Shown: positions 12,620 to 24,819 of the stretch, piece by piece
How the letters are laid out: each line of letters begins with the position of its first letter
Numbering within the stretch: the stretch's first letter is position 1
Assembly: GCA_043228905.1 (NCBI GenBank)
Contig: JBHGNT010000021.1
Coordinates: 11,470,001 to 11,534,000 of the forward strand
DNA from: Azolla caroliniana
Lineage: Eukaryota; Plantae; Polypodiophyta
Reading direction: 5' to 3'
Length of the DNA: 64,000 nt
Program-made: the position numbers and the translations under genes
The notes under the pieces: model-generated
Databases searched by the model: none
What the model was told of the DNA's origin: nothing
What the model saw: the letters and a program-made list of their open reading frames with translations, nothing else

Positions 12620-13551
12620 CTTTTGCAAGTGTCTGTTGTATTCATCGAAGTATATTCTAAATTATTATATCCAGAAGATTGTGGTTCAAAACTTCAACGA
12701 AATGCAAGTACACACATGTTGAAGGAAACAGTTGTAGGGCAGCAAGGAAAGTTTGGTTTGTACATATGCAACACCTACAGATTATGTTGTCTTTGTGCTT
12801 CCGAAAGCTTGTGCTAAACTGAAAGTTGTGGAAAATGGCCAACAAATACATGCACATATTTGTGGAAATAGGGTAGTGGAGAGTAATGTTTTTTATTTAA
12901 TGGATATGTATTCAAAAGCTGGTGGGATAGATCAAGTCAAAGATGTAGTCAATAAGGTTTGGTTTAGTGATGTGGTGCCATGGAAGGCATTAATAGCACG
13001 ACTGGTCTTCATGATAGTTGGAAGGTTTACAACATATGCAATGTCAAGGGACCATCTCAGATGATTAGCTGACATGTTGGATCACTTGAAAAAGCAAAAG
13101 GAGGAGCAATGTGAGGATGCGTTGATCAAGTCAAGAAGATGCAACTTCAACGAAATTCTGGAGATGACGTCACATACATGAACTATTTGTTATGCTTCCC
13201 GTTCGAAAGATTGTTTACTGCAATGTTCTCATTATAGGATATGCTTCCAATTCAAAACCAGGTTGAATCTTCTGTCACAGTTGTAGGTACTATAAAAGCT
13301 AAAGTTGCTACTAGCATTGGAGCATTAGAAAAGGGCAAAGAAATGATGTAAAGATTGAGGAGATGGACAGGCTGAAGAGAAACCAAGACATGGGCAGGTT
13401 GAAGAGAAACCATGTTGTTAGCAATGCATTGTTTGATCTATATGATACGTGTGGACTCTTACAGAAAGTACATGAACTATTGCAGATGCTTCCATTTCGA
13501 AAGATAGTCTCCAGCAATGTTTTCATTATAGTTCAGTGTTTAAGCCAATGA
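12620..13551 (+). pseudogene. Pentatricopeptide repeat (PLS-type PPR) gene relic
   Basis: PKACAKLKVVENGQQIHAHI; ESNVFYLMDMYSKAGGIDQVKDVVNKVWFSDVVPWKALI; VVSNALFDLYDTCGLLQKVHELLQMLPFRKIVSSNVFI. Many stops and frameshifts. Confidence 0.75.
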
Positions 13552-13949
13552 TTACATGTAATGGAAAGAACATTCTCGTAGGTGTTCACTGTTCTTTGTA
13601 CTTTTATACTCTAACTCTTTGTAGTTTTTATTGGTCTACCATGGTTACAGCCTTTATAAGATTGTTAGTGTAATCATTTTGTCATGGATGTAGAAGTTCT
13701 ACTAATGAAGAAGATGTTTTTTTGGTAAATAAAATAAAATGAATTAGATTATTCATATTGGTAGTTGTATTTCATATGGGATTGGCAAATGCCCTTACAT
13801 AACAATGATAAGAATCACAAGGACCTTACATATAGCATTAAATACTAGTTGTCATTGATTACATGGTGGAATCTTCATGTACCTTGGATCTCTATCTAGG
13901 AATGCCAAGTACATAGTACTTCTATAGCAGTTGACTTAGAGTCAAGTAT

Positions 13950-14510
13950 CAGGTAACTATTGTAACCTAGTTATTTTGACTACAATATTTAAGTGGAATG
14001 ATGAAACCATCAAGGGATATAGTGGGTATGATAATCTGCCATATTGCTGTAGGTCAACTATAACTAACCCATGTCGTCTCGATGTTTACGATGAGTACGC
14101 TACTTTTATCAACCGTTTCACCTTCAACTCATTAAACCCTAGGTTAGGCTCGTCCAAAATATAGCTAAAGGAGGGCCATTTTCTGGCTCGTTTGTACTTA
14201 CAAATTGCTCAAGTAATGCAAGTTTCATGTACAGGCTATGTTGGGCATTCCATAATCTTCAAGTCATCAATGACATGTAGTTGCTTCATTAGTGTCTCAC
14301 GTGGCTCCATGTCCAATGCATGCTTTAAGAAAGTCTAGAAGGCAACAATTTGTCGTTATCTATAGTTTCTTTGAGTGTGAAGAAGATATATCATATGACA
14401 AATAGTAATGTGTCCTTTTGCCCTTTTTAAAATCCAGCTTGGCCTCGAACCATTCACTCATGTCATGCGTATAGATCCGTATATTTTGGCCAAGGTGTTC
14501 CCAAGCATGA
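13950..14510 (-). mobile_element. Highly degenerate LINE RT fragment, related to the LINE at 47801-57627
   Basis: Minus-strand IMLGNTLAKIYG (~14480-14515) and CCLLDFLKA (~14320-14346) resemble HTLAKLYG and YCCFVDFRKAF of the other LINE. Confidence 0.5.
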
Positions 14511-16153
14511 TAGTCATGTGGTTACAAGTAACTAGTTACTAGAGAGAAAGAGAGAGTATGTATACGCACGCATGTATGAAGTGCGTTGCCCACATTTCCA
14601 AACTTCATTGAAGAAAACATGTATGCATATCTTGATTCTCATTAAAGAGATTGTAAGCAAACATGTGACCTTGGTTGAGCCCATACATACTAGTTTCTCA
14701 TTATATACATTGAGAAATGTAGCCTGAAAAGAAAGCTAATTTTATTTTAAATACACCCTTTTTAGGCGTAAGAGTTTTGAATAAAACTCAAAGATAGCTG
14801 GCTACTATTATATACCTACTACTATATGTGTATATGTGTATTATATGAATGTTCTGGGTACACGAGAAACAAAATCACCCATGTTTGTTTGAATTCCTGC
14901 TTTTTTGGTAAAAGAAAACGAGGAAAGAGATATTTTAATTCTTAAATTTTGATAAACGAGGAAGAAAGATTAAATACATGTTTGCATTGTATTTTAGTAA
15001 AAGAGAAGGAAGTGATATTGTAAGTCTGAATTTTCGTCGTCAAATACATAAAGGAGAAGGGAAGGGGGGATACTTAATATCTATATATATAATATATATA
15101 TATACATATAATACATACTCCAAAGTTGGACTATTAGAGACAACAAACAATTGATGGAGGGGCTTCATATGGATTAATGAATGCATATTTGTGGGAGGGG
15201 TAATATTACCCCTAAAACTACTTACGTGCCTCTATATCTAGTTTATGCAAGACCTTGCCTCTCTACGAGATTTTTTATGATGAGGTAGTTAGTTACCCAT
15301 CCCATCTTATCATTGTTTCTCTTGATCAAATAAGCAACTATTTGATTCTAGGCTATTCTCGAAAGGAGCCCATGCAATCTCGAGGAAAGCAAAGACCATT
15401 GGTGCATGTGGTCCGTGTCGTCTTTCAGAGGATAGCTGACACACGAAGAAGACCACCTAGTATAACAATAGTAACTATAGTGGTGGTGCCATCAACTTTT
15501 TAGTGAGAGTCACTGGTAAAAGTCATGGTTTGTGGTGGTGGTGGGGGGGGGGGAGCATGTGCATGTATTTCTTTCTTTCGTCGATTTAAATTCTCATGGA
15601 CTGTGCAATAATACCCAAGAGATTATCTCCTATCATTGCGGCAATGGAATGGAGTGCTACCATCCAACCCCAATCTAGGTTTTCCCTTACTTAGCAAACA
15701 GAACACACACACACACACACACACACACAATGGTCAGTGAGAGAGAGAGAAAGAGAGAGAGAGATCAGAGACGATCACGTTGGATACTTTGCTTGCGAGA
15801 CGCCTCTCGATTATCTTCCATATACTTTACAAAGGTCATGGCAGTCTCGATTGGAGAGAGAGAGAACTCAGAAGAAGCGAAGGCCCAACAATGCCCGTCT
15901 TTAGAAAGAGAGAGAGATTATATATGTATGTATGTGAGTTTCCGGGGGTGTGTATACGTGCTTTTGCTCTATTGCTTAGTAATCAATTAGCTAGGCCAAT
16001 AGATACGTTGCAGTTGCTGCTACTGTCTATGATCTATGTATGTAAAAGTGTATGTGTGTGGCAGGCATGCAACATGTATCGCAAGGAGTAACAAAATTAA
16101 AACGAGGTAAAAACCAACGCACACACCCTGAGAGAGAGAGAGAGAGGTAGGTT

Positions 16154-16964
16154 GCCCATATGGATGTAGCTCAATTGGTAAGGTTGCCCAATGGAGACCA
16201 GGTGGTCATGGGTTCAACCCCTACATTCCATAGGCCATGGCATTTAGTGAATTAAGAGATATATAAGAAGTATATAATAGAAAGGTGAGGTAGTAGTTGG
16301 GTTTCAAACCCACTACGCAATGCTTGTAGTGCTAATAACTTACCATTAGGGTAAGGTAATTACAATAAGAAAAAGTGACATCTAGTGAATTAAGAGATAT
16401 ATATGAAGTATATAATAGAGAGGTAGTGAATTAAGAGATATATATGAAGTATATAATAGAGAGGTGAGGAAGTTGGGTTTCAAACCCATTATAATAGAGA
16501 GGTAGTGAATTAAGAGATATATATGAAGTATATAATAGAGAGGTGAGGAAGTTGGGTTTCAAACCCATTATAATAGAGAGGTAGTGAATTAAGAGATATA
16601 TATGAAGTATATAATAGAGAGGTGAGGAAGTTGGGTTTCAAACCCATTACGCAATGCTTGTAGTTAAGTGCTAATAACTTACCATTAGGGTAAGGTAATT
16701 ACAATAAGAAAAAGTGAATTAAGAGATATATATGAAGTATGAAGTATATAATAGAGAGGTAGTGAATTAAGAGATATATATGAAGTATATAATAGAGAGG
16801 TGAGGAAGTTGGGTTTCAAACCCATTACGCAATGCGCAATGCTTGTAGTGCTAATAACTTACCATTAGGGTAAGGTAATTACGATAAGAAAAATACCCTT
16901 ACGCGCGATGCTTGTAGTGCTAATAACTTACCATTAGGGTAAGGTAATTATGATAAGAAAAATG
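16154..16964. repeat. Tandem-repeat cluster with tRNA-like (Pol III A/B box) units
   Basis: Plus-strand tRNA-like head at 16160-16232 (TAGCTCAATTGG..GGTTCAACCC). Repeated modules TAGTGAATTAAGAGATATATATGAAGTATATAATAGAGAGG and GTTGGGTTTCAAACCC..CTTACCATTAGGGTA follow. Flanked by GGTAGGTT at 16146-16153 and 16965-16972. Confidence 0.7.
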
Positions 16965-17099
16965 GGTAGGTTCCTAAAAGTTGACGCCCCTCCCATCTTT
17001 CCCTTTTGTTATTTTACCACACAACACACACACACCCACACCCTCATATTGCTTGCTAGAAAGGGTAGCTTGTCTTTCTTAGTTGTGTGACGTGTACCC

Positions 17100-17890
17100 T
17101 TTCCCTTCCCTTCCCTCTCTGTCTGTCTGTCTCTCTGTCTCTCTAGTCTCCACCTTTCTTCTTCTGCTTAGTCTCGAGTCTCCTCTCCCTGGGTTGGTCA
17201 CTCTGAACTCACTCGCTCTTGATTCATTACTTTAATTGAGCTTTTGGTCTCTTTCTCTGTCTCTGTCTCTGTCTACGACAGACAGACAGACAGACAGACA
17301 TCGTAGTCAGCCATAACTCATTGCTCCACCCTTCCCATAAATAATAATAATAATTATATTTACACAAACATACATACATACATACATACATATACATACA
17401 TACATACATATATGTATGTATGTAAATCCCATACATTTATGTGTACATATATGTGATCTGTCTCCTTCTGACTGCTCCCATGTGCTTGTTCTTCTTCATC
17501 TATATCTGTACACATCTCTCTGTCTCACTCTCACTCTGTGCAACATACATCCACACACACTGATCACGTCATGATGGCAGAAAAGGTACCCCGCCCCCCT
17601 CTCCCCACTCACAATTAGCCACAGTATTGTGTGTTGTTGGTATGTGTAGTCTTTTTTCTCTACACACACACACACACACAAACTCTCTCTCTCTCTCTCT
17701 GCCCCTCTTCTACTTACCTCCACACATTGTTGTTCCCTTTAGAGACGTTGTTGATAATACATGCCATACCACTTCTTATCTCTCTCTCTCTCTCATCGCC
17801 TCACGTCTCTGCTACTGCGAGCGGCAGGACACCTACAGCATTCTGGCATCACACACACACACACTCCCTCTCTCTCTCTCTCTCTCTCCC
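17100..17890. repeat. Microsatellite-rich promoter/5' region of the host gene
   Basis: (CT)n, (CA)n, (CAGA)n, (TAA)n and (CATA)n runs immediately upstream of the 18186 ATG. Confidence 0.8.
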
Positions 17891-18185
17891 TGCTATGGGT
17901 TTAAGGTAATTAAGTCATCCATTACATGTTGTGTCTGCCCACCACACCAGGTCTCCTTCATCTCCTTCTCTAGAGAGAGAAGAGGAGCGTTGCCCTTGTT
18001 TTGTATTGCATCGATCATCTCTTGTAATTCAACTTTTTGCCTCCTGCGTCGCATATCATCTTCTATATCTATCCATCTATCTATCTGGCCACCGCTGCTG
18101 TTTGCACCACAGAAACATCAGCTATTGGGAGGCAGGCTATAGGTGTGTAAGTGCGTGTGCGTGCAGTAATCGTCCTATATATGTC

Positions 18186-21100
18186 ATGGCTGCAGCGTCT
18201 AGTGCTGCTAGTTCTGATCAATATAGCAGCTTCTCGGGTGAGGCTGCTGGCTCCCTGGGGAGGTCCTCTAGCATGGACGCTCGAGACGGTCTGATCCGCT
18301 CGGACAGCCAACGGCGAACAGCAACAGGCGGCAGCACGTCCGGCAAGGGATCATCATCATCATCACGGATGAAGGGAACGCGGACAGGCAATGATCTTTT
18401 CGTGTGCTTTGCTCCCCGGACAACTCTCAATCTGGTGTCCGGCGCCAGCACTAGGCCGGTTCTCAGTCCTGCGAGAGACAAGGGCATTATTAAGGAGCCA
18501 GGCAGTGGTCGCGCCTCAGGTGGCCGGACCGGCACAGCCACAGGAAGAAGCGGCCTCTCCAGCTCTATCTTCTCCAACACATTAGCCTGCAGTGGTGGTA
18601 CAGCATCGGCGGCTTCATCTTCATCTCATCTTAACAATAAGAAACAGGGGGTTCGCTATAATAATAATAATCATGCTTCTCCGGATGAAGAGCCCACTTC
18701 CCCCAAAGTCACCTGCATTGGCCAGGTTAGGGCTAAATCCAAGCACAGCAAGAGAGCTAAAGCAGTTAAAGGTACAGCACAGGCGGACCGTCCAGCTGCT
18801 AGCTCTGGTCAGTATCTCCGCAAAGGAGGTATGCTGCAGAGAAGCCTAAGAGATCACGAGCCTAGTGCAGCAGGAGAAGCCGTGGATGCTACTACTACAG
18901 CTCACAGTAACAGTAATAGGAAGAAGGAATCCGCGTGCCCTAGCTTTGGCAAAGACTTCTCCTGCTTTGGCCTTCCTTGTGACAATTCCTACGGGAGCGT
19001 ACCCTCTTTCAGGTCAGGAGAGAAGAAGGGCAGCAGTGGGACAGTGCTGGCCAAGTCGCTTGTGCTTCTGCAGGAGGAGGAACGTGGAGAATTGCAGAGG
19101 AAGCAGGAGCTAATGCCGACTACTTCTGTGGTCAGCAACTTGAAGTGTACCACATCAACTAATACCCCCGCTCACAGCACTTGCAGTGCAACGAAGAAGC
19201 CTGAATACACTGCAGAGCCTAGTCATGATGATGATGCTAACCACGTGGATGTGGATGCCGCAGTAGTGTCAACGCCCACGCCCACGCCCACGCCCACGCC
19301 TACGCCTGATGCTATGGCTCAGGCAGCTCCCTCTCCCCGCAGAGACAACTTGCAGCTCCTAGAAGCCTGCCCAAATGCACCGGTCGTGGTGGACACATCA
19401 CTATCGGAAGCAGCTCCTCCTCCGACAGGTAATGTAGAAGAAGAAGAAGAGGAAGAAGAAGATACGTTTGATTCCGAGCCTCAACCTCCGCAGCCCCCTC
19501 CTCCAAACGCTCTGCTGCTCATGCGCAACTACAATAGCAGCGTGGAACGCCTCAGGGTATTCGTTCCTCCCCCTTCCGTCAATCTCACTCTGAAAAGGAG
19601 CATATCTGCTCCAATCCAAAGCCGAAAATTAGGCGATAACGCTGCTGGAGCTGTTGGGGAGCAGGTATCGAGCATGCAATTGGAAACAGAGAATGAGGCG
19701 GAGAGGTTAAGAGGTCAGACCTGTATTAATGTCTCCAGTGCAGACCATAACGAGCAGCTGCCCCCAGTGGGACCGCCAAAATTTGCTGCAACTGCTGCAA
19801 AGGCCTTTCTGCAACGCTGTAAATCTGTCTCTCAGAGTCTGACACGTTCCAGTAACAGTAGTTCTCAAAGCGTAGTGCCAGCGCCATCTGGTGTTCAGCT
19901 GGAATCCGCAGCAGCAGCAGCTAATGCTGAGAGTACTACGTTGAATAGTATAATTAACATCAACAACAATGTAGCAGCAGCAGCCAGGAAATCACCGGAC
20001 ACCAACATTACTGCTGCAGCTGCGGACACGCGGCCTGCAGTTCTGGAGAGTGCTTTGGAACATGGATCTGGGGATGACCAACGAAGTGGCGGTGGTGGAA
20101 CTGGTGAGCTATATCTGGTGAAAGAAGCAGTGTCAAGGAGGAGGTCTGATTCAGAGGCACTCAAAGTTTCATTAGATGTAGTTCCAGAAACGTGGCTATG
20201 GGAGGCTTGGACCAATGCCCGCCAGCAATCGAGCAGCAAGGAAGTAAGCGAAGGCGCCGGTGGTGGCATGGCATCTGAGCCTAGGAGGAGGAGGAGACAA
20301 GACATGAAGCAAGTGGGAGGTGCAATTGCAGCTGAGTGGCTTGATGCGGAGCTGGAAGCTTCTCTGTGGAAAAGCTGCGAAGTGAGCAGTACAGCCCGCA
20401 TGACTGCAGCTCTTCAGAAGGAGTATTCTATGTCAAGGAGTACTGATGATGGGCAGAAATTCCAGAAATCGGGCTCTTCTGTAGATCAATTCCTCGATGC
20501 AGAGGTTGAGGCCACGTTATGGAGGAGCTGCAGTCTAGTTGCCTCTTCTTCACACATAGGGAATGGCGCACAATCAGTTGTTCAGCAAGAGCAAGTGGCT
20601 GAAGAAGAAGCGGATCGAATGACCTTCTTCAAGTCTCACGATGTTGTTGCTGCTGAAGAAGATGAAGTAACGGCGGCTGCTGCTGCTGCTGCTGATGCTA
20701 CTAAGGCAGTAATGTCTAATAGTCCAGAGGGGATGATGCTTAGCAGTGCGTCTATTAGCTGCTTCAGGCGGAGCTTGAGCGTAGGCCAGGTGCCAGGAGT
20801 GGCGATGGCACAGATAAGCTGTGGGAAAAGACCCGGAGGTGCTTTATATTCTCTGCGGAGAAGTGCGAGTGTTGGAGCTAAATATGAAGTGGAAACTGAT
20901 CAAGGCGGAGACAAATTACACAGTAGCAGCATCGGCTGCAGCTTCAATGTGGCCGCTGCCACTGCTGCTGCTGCTGCTGCTGCTGATAGACAGACGCTTC
21001 AACACAGCAGCTGCATAAGTACTGGAAAGGTATCTGAATCAGATGTTGCCGAGCACTCCTCAGATCAAACAATCTCCCATCAGAACCCACGGCTGCCTCT

Positions 21101-22064
21101 CAATCCGACGTTAGATCCAAGTGAAGATCAGCGATTTCAACAAGGAGAGGCGCCCGTGCCCCATCTACAAATACAAAGCCCTGGCGGAGGGGATCATCAG
21201 AACCTTGACTCACTGATGACGAATAGCAGCAGCTTCAGTTCTAGTAGCCCTCAAGTCGTTTCTGATACTACAGGCGAGATATTGTTGGAGATGGTTGAGG
21301 ATCAACAGCAAGGCAGATCATGTAATGACCCTTCTTCAGGGCAATCAGAAGCAAAAAGGTTGGAGAATGATGAGGAGGAAGCCCTGAGCCGCAATAGTAG
21401 TGTTGAGATTGATGAGACAGCGCATGAGGTACTGCTACTAGCCCATGTGGGAGGCGCACCGTCACCATCATCTGTATTGGATCAGCCGGCGGTTTCCTCT
21501 CCATCATCGGCAGGGGGTAATAATGTGCTGCCACCTGCGCATCATCAACCAGCAGTTAATTCAGGTAACAGTGGATCGGTCCTAATTGTGAGCTTATACG
21601 ACGAATTGGAGGGGGCATTCAGGCTATCAGTGCAGCAGCAGCAGCAGCGACAAGAGGAGAAAGAGAAGGTGGGGGAGGGGGAGGAGGTTAAGGAGGCAGC
21701 AGGTCTTGATGATGATCATCTCCAGATGAAGAAGCAGACACAACAGAAGGCGGTGCTCATGGAGGCGCTCTCAGTACATTATATCCAACAAGCAGCAGCG
21801 GCAGCAGCAGCAGCAGCTCACGTCCGGCAAGCGACGGCAGCAGCAGGAATGGCGGCGCGGGGGGCTGGTTGCCGCCATGGAGGCCTCCTCAGGAAAGCCA
21901 TAAGTGGGAAGGAGCAGGCTTCTCTAACCTCCTCCTCTGCAACTAATAATAGTAGTAGTAGTAGCAGTAGTAGTAGTGCAGTGGCTGCTGTTGCCACTGC
22001 TGCAGTAGCATTGTCGAGGCTACAGAGATGCAAGTCTGAGCCTGTCAGATTAGCATCCTACTGA
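18186..22064 (+). CDS. Intronless low-complexity plant protein, HCF243/At3g15095-like (EPxSPKVTCIGQVR family), ~1292 aa
   Basis: Uninterrupted ORF; the first in-frame ATG is at 18186 (MAAASSAASS). Motifs DLFVCF, EEPTSPKVTCIGQVR, PPPNALLLMR, KVSLDVVPETW and C-terminal LQRCKSEP. Family assignment is from recalled motifs. Confidence 0.85.
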   Translation: MAAASSAASSDQYSSFSGEAAGSLGRSSSMDARDGLIRSDSQRRTATGGSTSGKGSSSSSRMKGTRTGNDLFVCFAPRTTLNLVSGASTRPVLSPARDKGIIKEPGSGRASGGRTGTATGRSGLSSSIFSNTLACSGGTASAASSSSHLNNKKQGVRYNNNNHASPDEEPTSPKVTCIGQVRAKSKHSKRAKAVKGTAQADRPAASSGQYLRKGGMLQRSLRDHEPSAAGEAVDATTTAHSNSNRKKESACPSFGKDFSCFGLPCDNSYGSVPSFRSGEKKGSSGTVLAKSLVLLQEEERGELQRKQELMPTTSVVSNLKCTTSTNTPAHSTCSATKKPEYTAEPSHDDDANHVDVDAAVVSTPTPTPTPTPTPDAMAQAAPSPRRDNLQLLEACPNAPVVVDTSLSEAAPPPTGNVEEEEEEEEDTFDSEPQPPQPPPPNALLLMRNYNSSVERLRVFVPPPSVNLTLKRSISAPIQSRKLGDNAAGAVGEQVSSMQLETENEAERLRGQTCINVSSADHNEQLPPVGPPKFAATAAKAFLQRCKSVSQSLTRSSNSSSQSVVPAPSGVQLESAAAAANAESTTLNSIININNNVAAAARKSPDTNITAAAADTRPAVLESALEHGSGDDQRSGGGGTGELYLVKEAVSRRRSDSEALKVSLDVVPETWLWEAWTNARQQSSSKEVSEGAGGGMASEPRRRRRQDMKQVGGAIAAEWLDAELEASLWKSCEVSSTARMTAALQKEYSMSRSTDDGQKFQKSGSSVDQFLDAEVEATLWRSCSLVASSSHIGNGAQSVVQQEQVAEEEADRMTFFKSHDVVAAEEDEVTAAAAAAADATKAVMSNSPEGMMLSSASISCFRRSLSVGQVPGVAMAQISCGKRPGGALYSLRRSASVGAKYEVETDQGGDKLHSSSIGCSFNVAAATAAAAAAADRQTLQHSSCISTGKVSESDVAEHSSDQTISHQNPRLPLNPTLDPSEDQRFQQGEAPVPHLQIQSPGGGDHQNLDSLMTNSSSFSSSSPQVVSDTTGEILLEMVEDQQQGRSCNDPSSGQSEAKRLENDEEEALSRNSSVEIDETAHEVLLLAHVGGAPSPSSVLDQPAVSSPSSAGGNNVLPPAHHQPAVNSGNSGSVLIVSLYDELEGAFRLSVQQQQQRQEEKEKVGEGEEVKEAAGLDDDHLQMKKQTQQKAVLMEALSVHYIQQAAAAAAAAAHVRQATAAAGMAARGAGCRHGGLLRKAISGKEQASLTSSSATNNSSSSSSSSSAVAAVATAAVALSRLQRCKSEPVRLASY

Positions 22065-24094
22065 TTGATTGATTGATTTCGTTCATTCATGTATGTATGT
22101 ATGTATGTATGTGTATAGTCTGAGCCCGTCAGATTATATATGTATGTATACAGATGATGATAGATAGGTAGCATCCATCCATCCATTCCTCTGATTTCAT
22201 CATGTATGTCTGTCCAGCAAAATGCCTCCTTGTAATTTAAATTTCATTTGAACCCCAAGTATGTAGTGAGAGAAAGAGAGTCATGAATAAAATTTAGTGA
22301 GGTCAATACATTTGTCTCCCCCAATTCATTCGTTCATTTTATCTACATATCTATATGTCTGTATGTACAGATAGATACATTTGAAGTTTGAACAATAACT
22401 TCTAGATTTGATCGATTCTTTAAGTAGTAGATTGCGTATGTTGGTGTTGCTATGCTTGTGTGGGCACTGACTGGGAAATTTTAACGCAAAACCAAAGGTG
22501 GATGTCATCACCATTCCATCTCCTCTTTTAGAGCGCGCGGAAATGGACAGGACAGACCTTTTATTTATTAACTTCCTCGGAGCTCAAATGTGGCCATTGT
22601 ATGTATGTATGTACGTACGTATACCAAAAGCCAAGTAATTATATTCTGGTGAGGAATGAACGCTTTTGGATGTCCCAGTAATTTTAGTCATGTATGTATG
22701 TATTATTTATTGTATATATGTATCTACTACCTCGCTGCTGCAATTGGAAGTGTGTGTGCATTCATTCATATGCCTCACACAGAAAATGTGTATGTGTGTG
22801 TACAGTGTAGGGATTGGATATGTTGTATTTGACATTGTGCGCCTTAATTGTGCAAGCTATTGTTCCTAAAAGAATGAGAAAGAGCAGCCAGCACCTATGT
22901 ACAATGATTGGATCTGGCCAATGCAATGGCTGAAAGAAAAGGTACTACTACAACTACCACCACAGAATGAGTTGTTTTCAGCACTTTGAACCACAATTAA
23001 AAAAAAGGTGTAGAGAATTATGTTACGCCCAAAACACGGCGGTAATTTGGAATCTGATGCCAGAAACAAACCCCACATGCTATCACTTTAAGGTAGAAGA
23101 TGTAGACATATTTTTGCAGGGAATTGACTAATCTCTAGAGAGGAGCAGGATTCAATATTAAAATGCAGAGAATATTGTAGTTTCAAAGGAGATAGATGTA
23201 TTGGAAAACAAATGTTCCCCAAACTCTCTTTTGTTCTCTTGGCCGATCAATATCTAGCTTATCCTCCCACCCACTCGTCCAGATCTTCGCCAATCTACTT
23301 GACCTCTCATTGTCCTTGTGACTAGTACACAATGATGGATGGAAAGGCCACTTGGCTAGTCTAGTGTGACCCCTCCCACATTGTTAGTTAAGGAGATAAC
23401 CGTAGGCTTGAAGAGAAATATTCTATCATACTATTTTTTGAATCCTTGTGCTCAATTGTCCAATGCATATACGCTCTCAAAAGTAATGAGCACACATCTC
23501 TAACCCAACTATCCAACATGTGTGTGATCATACAAGTGGCGGGGGCATGTATGTGATAGAGATGTTGTTTATCCCATCGTGGTCGCCAAAAACAAGTGTT
23601 GTTGGTTTAGGGTTTATGACGACAATGATGAAAAGAGCGTTGTAGAGTAGTGGTGGAGATGGTGTGTGAGACGAGCATTGCGGGGTTGATGGTGACAAAT
23701 GTTGATAACCAATCATTGTAGGGTCGGGGGTGATGCCTAGAATGGCTCCACCCCCCCTCCCAAGGGGGTTCAACGTGAGAGAGAGAGAGAGAGATCGAGA
23801 GATCCTTCCTTTTCATTCATTCCCCATAAGGGGGTTAAATAGTACAATGAGGGGTTAGATAGATAGGGGCGCATGCCCCTTTAGCCATCGACACATATCA
23901 CTAACTCAGACCCTTTCCTACTTGTCCACACTTACGCATATACTCACACTTACACTTACATCTCGTACGATAACAGATGCCACTCCCTCTCTATAAGATA
24001 GTGATGTAACTCCCTTCTTGTCATGAACATCTATCTACAATACTAAAGTATATATGTAAACTATCGTAGTTATCATGTCATCCAAAAAACATTG

Positions 24095-24157
24095 TAGTGG
24101 GACTTGAGCCCAGAGCCTCGATTATATACATCCAAGACATATTACCCAATCTTGCCA
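24095..24157 (-). repeat. Degenerate tRNA-derived SINE-like head
   Basis: Minus strand A-box TGGCAAGATTGG and B-box-like GGCTCAAGTCC at tRNA-like spacing. Confidence 0.45.
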
Positions 24158-24819
24158 CCTTGCACAAGCTAATGCATGATTGTCAAATACCTTACTCACT
24201 TGAATGCAAAGTGATAATGATGCATGGATGTGTTCATCCATACTATATAAGCACATGCTCTAGTCATTGATGAATCATTTCGGTTCAATACTAATCTTCG
24301 ACAAATTCTGTTTCTCTCTTTTGTTCTTATTCTCTTCTTCCATTTTATCTTGTTCTCGATCACAGGCTTGTCTTGCTTCAGTTACAAGAGGAAGGGAAAA
24401 CTTGAGGTGCAAGAAGAAAAATGGCACAAAAGTGACTTTTGTGAAGAAATTGTCCCCTTCATTTTGGGGTGACCCTAAGACCTAAAGCTATAGAACTAAC
24501 TCTATGATGCTCCTTTTTACTTGGTCTCACCCTTGGTCATTAGTATCAATGCCAATTAACATCCCCCTCAACATAGGAGTGCATATTCTTGGGTGCATTG
24601 TGTTGGGCCTTAGTATGCAGAGTTGAAGAGGGGGAGGGAAGGGGAGAAGCAAATGTTGTCAAGGGGTGGGGAAAGAGTGGAAGATGTTTAGGGTGAGGTT
24701 CAAAGGAGGTGGAGGGGGGTTGGATGGTGTGATGATGCGTGTGAGAATAGGAAGGGAGGTTGTGAATGCAAGGGCATGGGATTGGAAACAATGGTAGTGT
24801 CATAGACAAGAATCAAACC

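Noticed and set aside
16160-16232. Functional tRNA gene
   Set aside because: A and B boxes are present, but there is no proper anticodon stem-loop and the T-loop is non-canonical; treated as a tRNA-derived repeat.
16245-16960. CRISPR-like array
   Set aside because: The intervening sequences are themselves repeats, there are no cas genes, and the context is eukaryotic.
17931-18185. N-terminal extension of the 1377-aa ORF in the ORF track
   Set aside because: It starts at a GTG within microsatellite-rich UTR-like sequence; the first in-frame ATG is at 18186.
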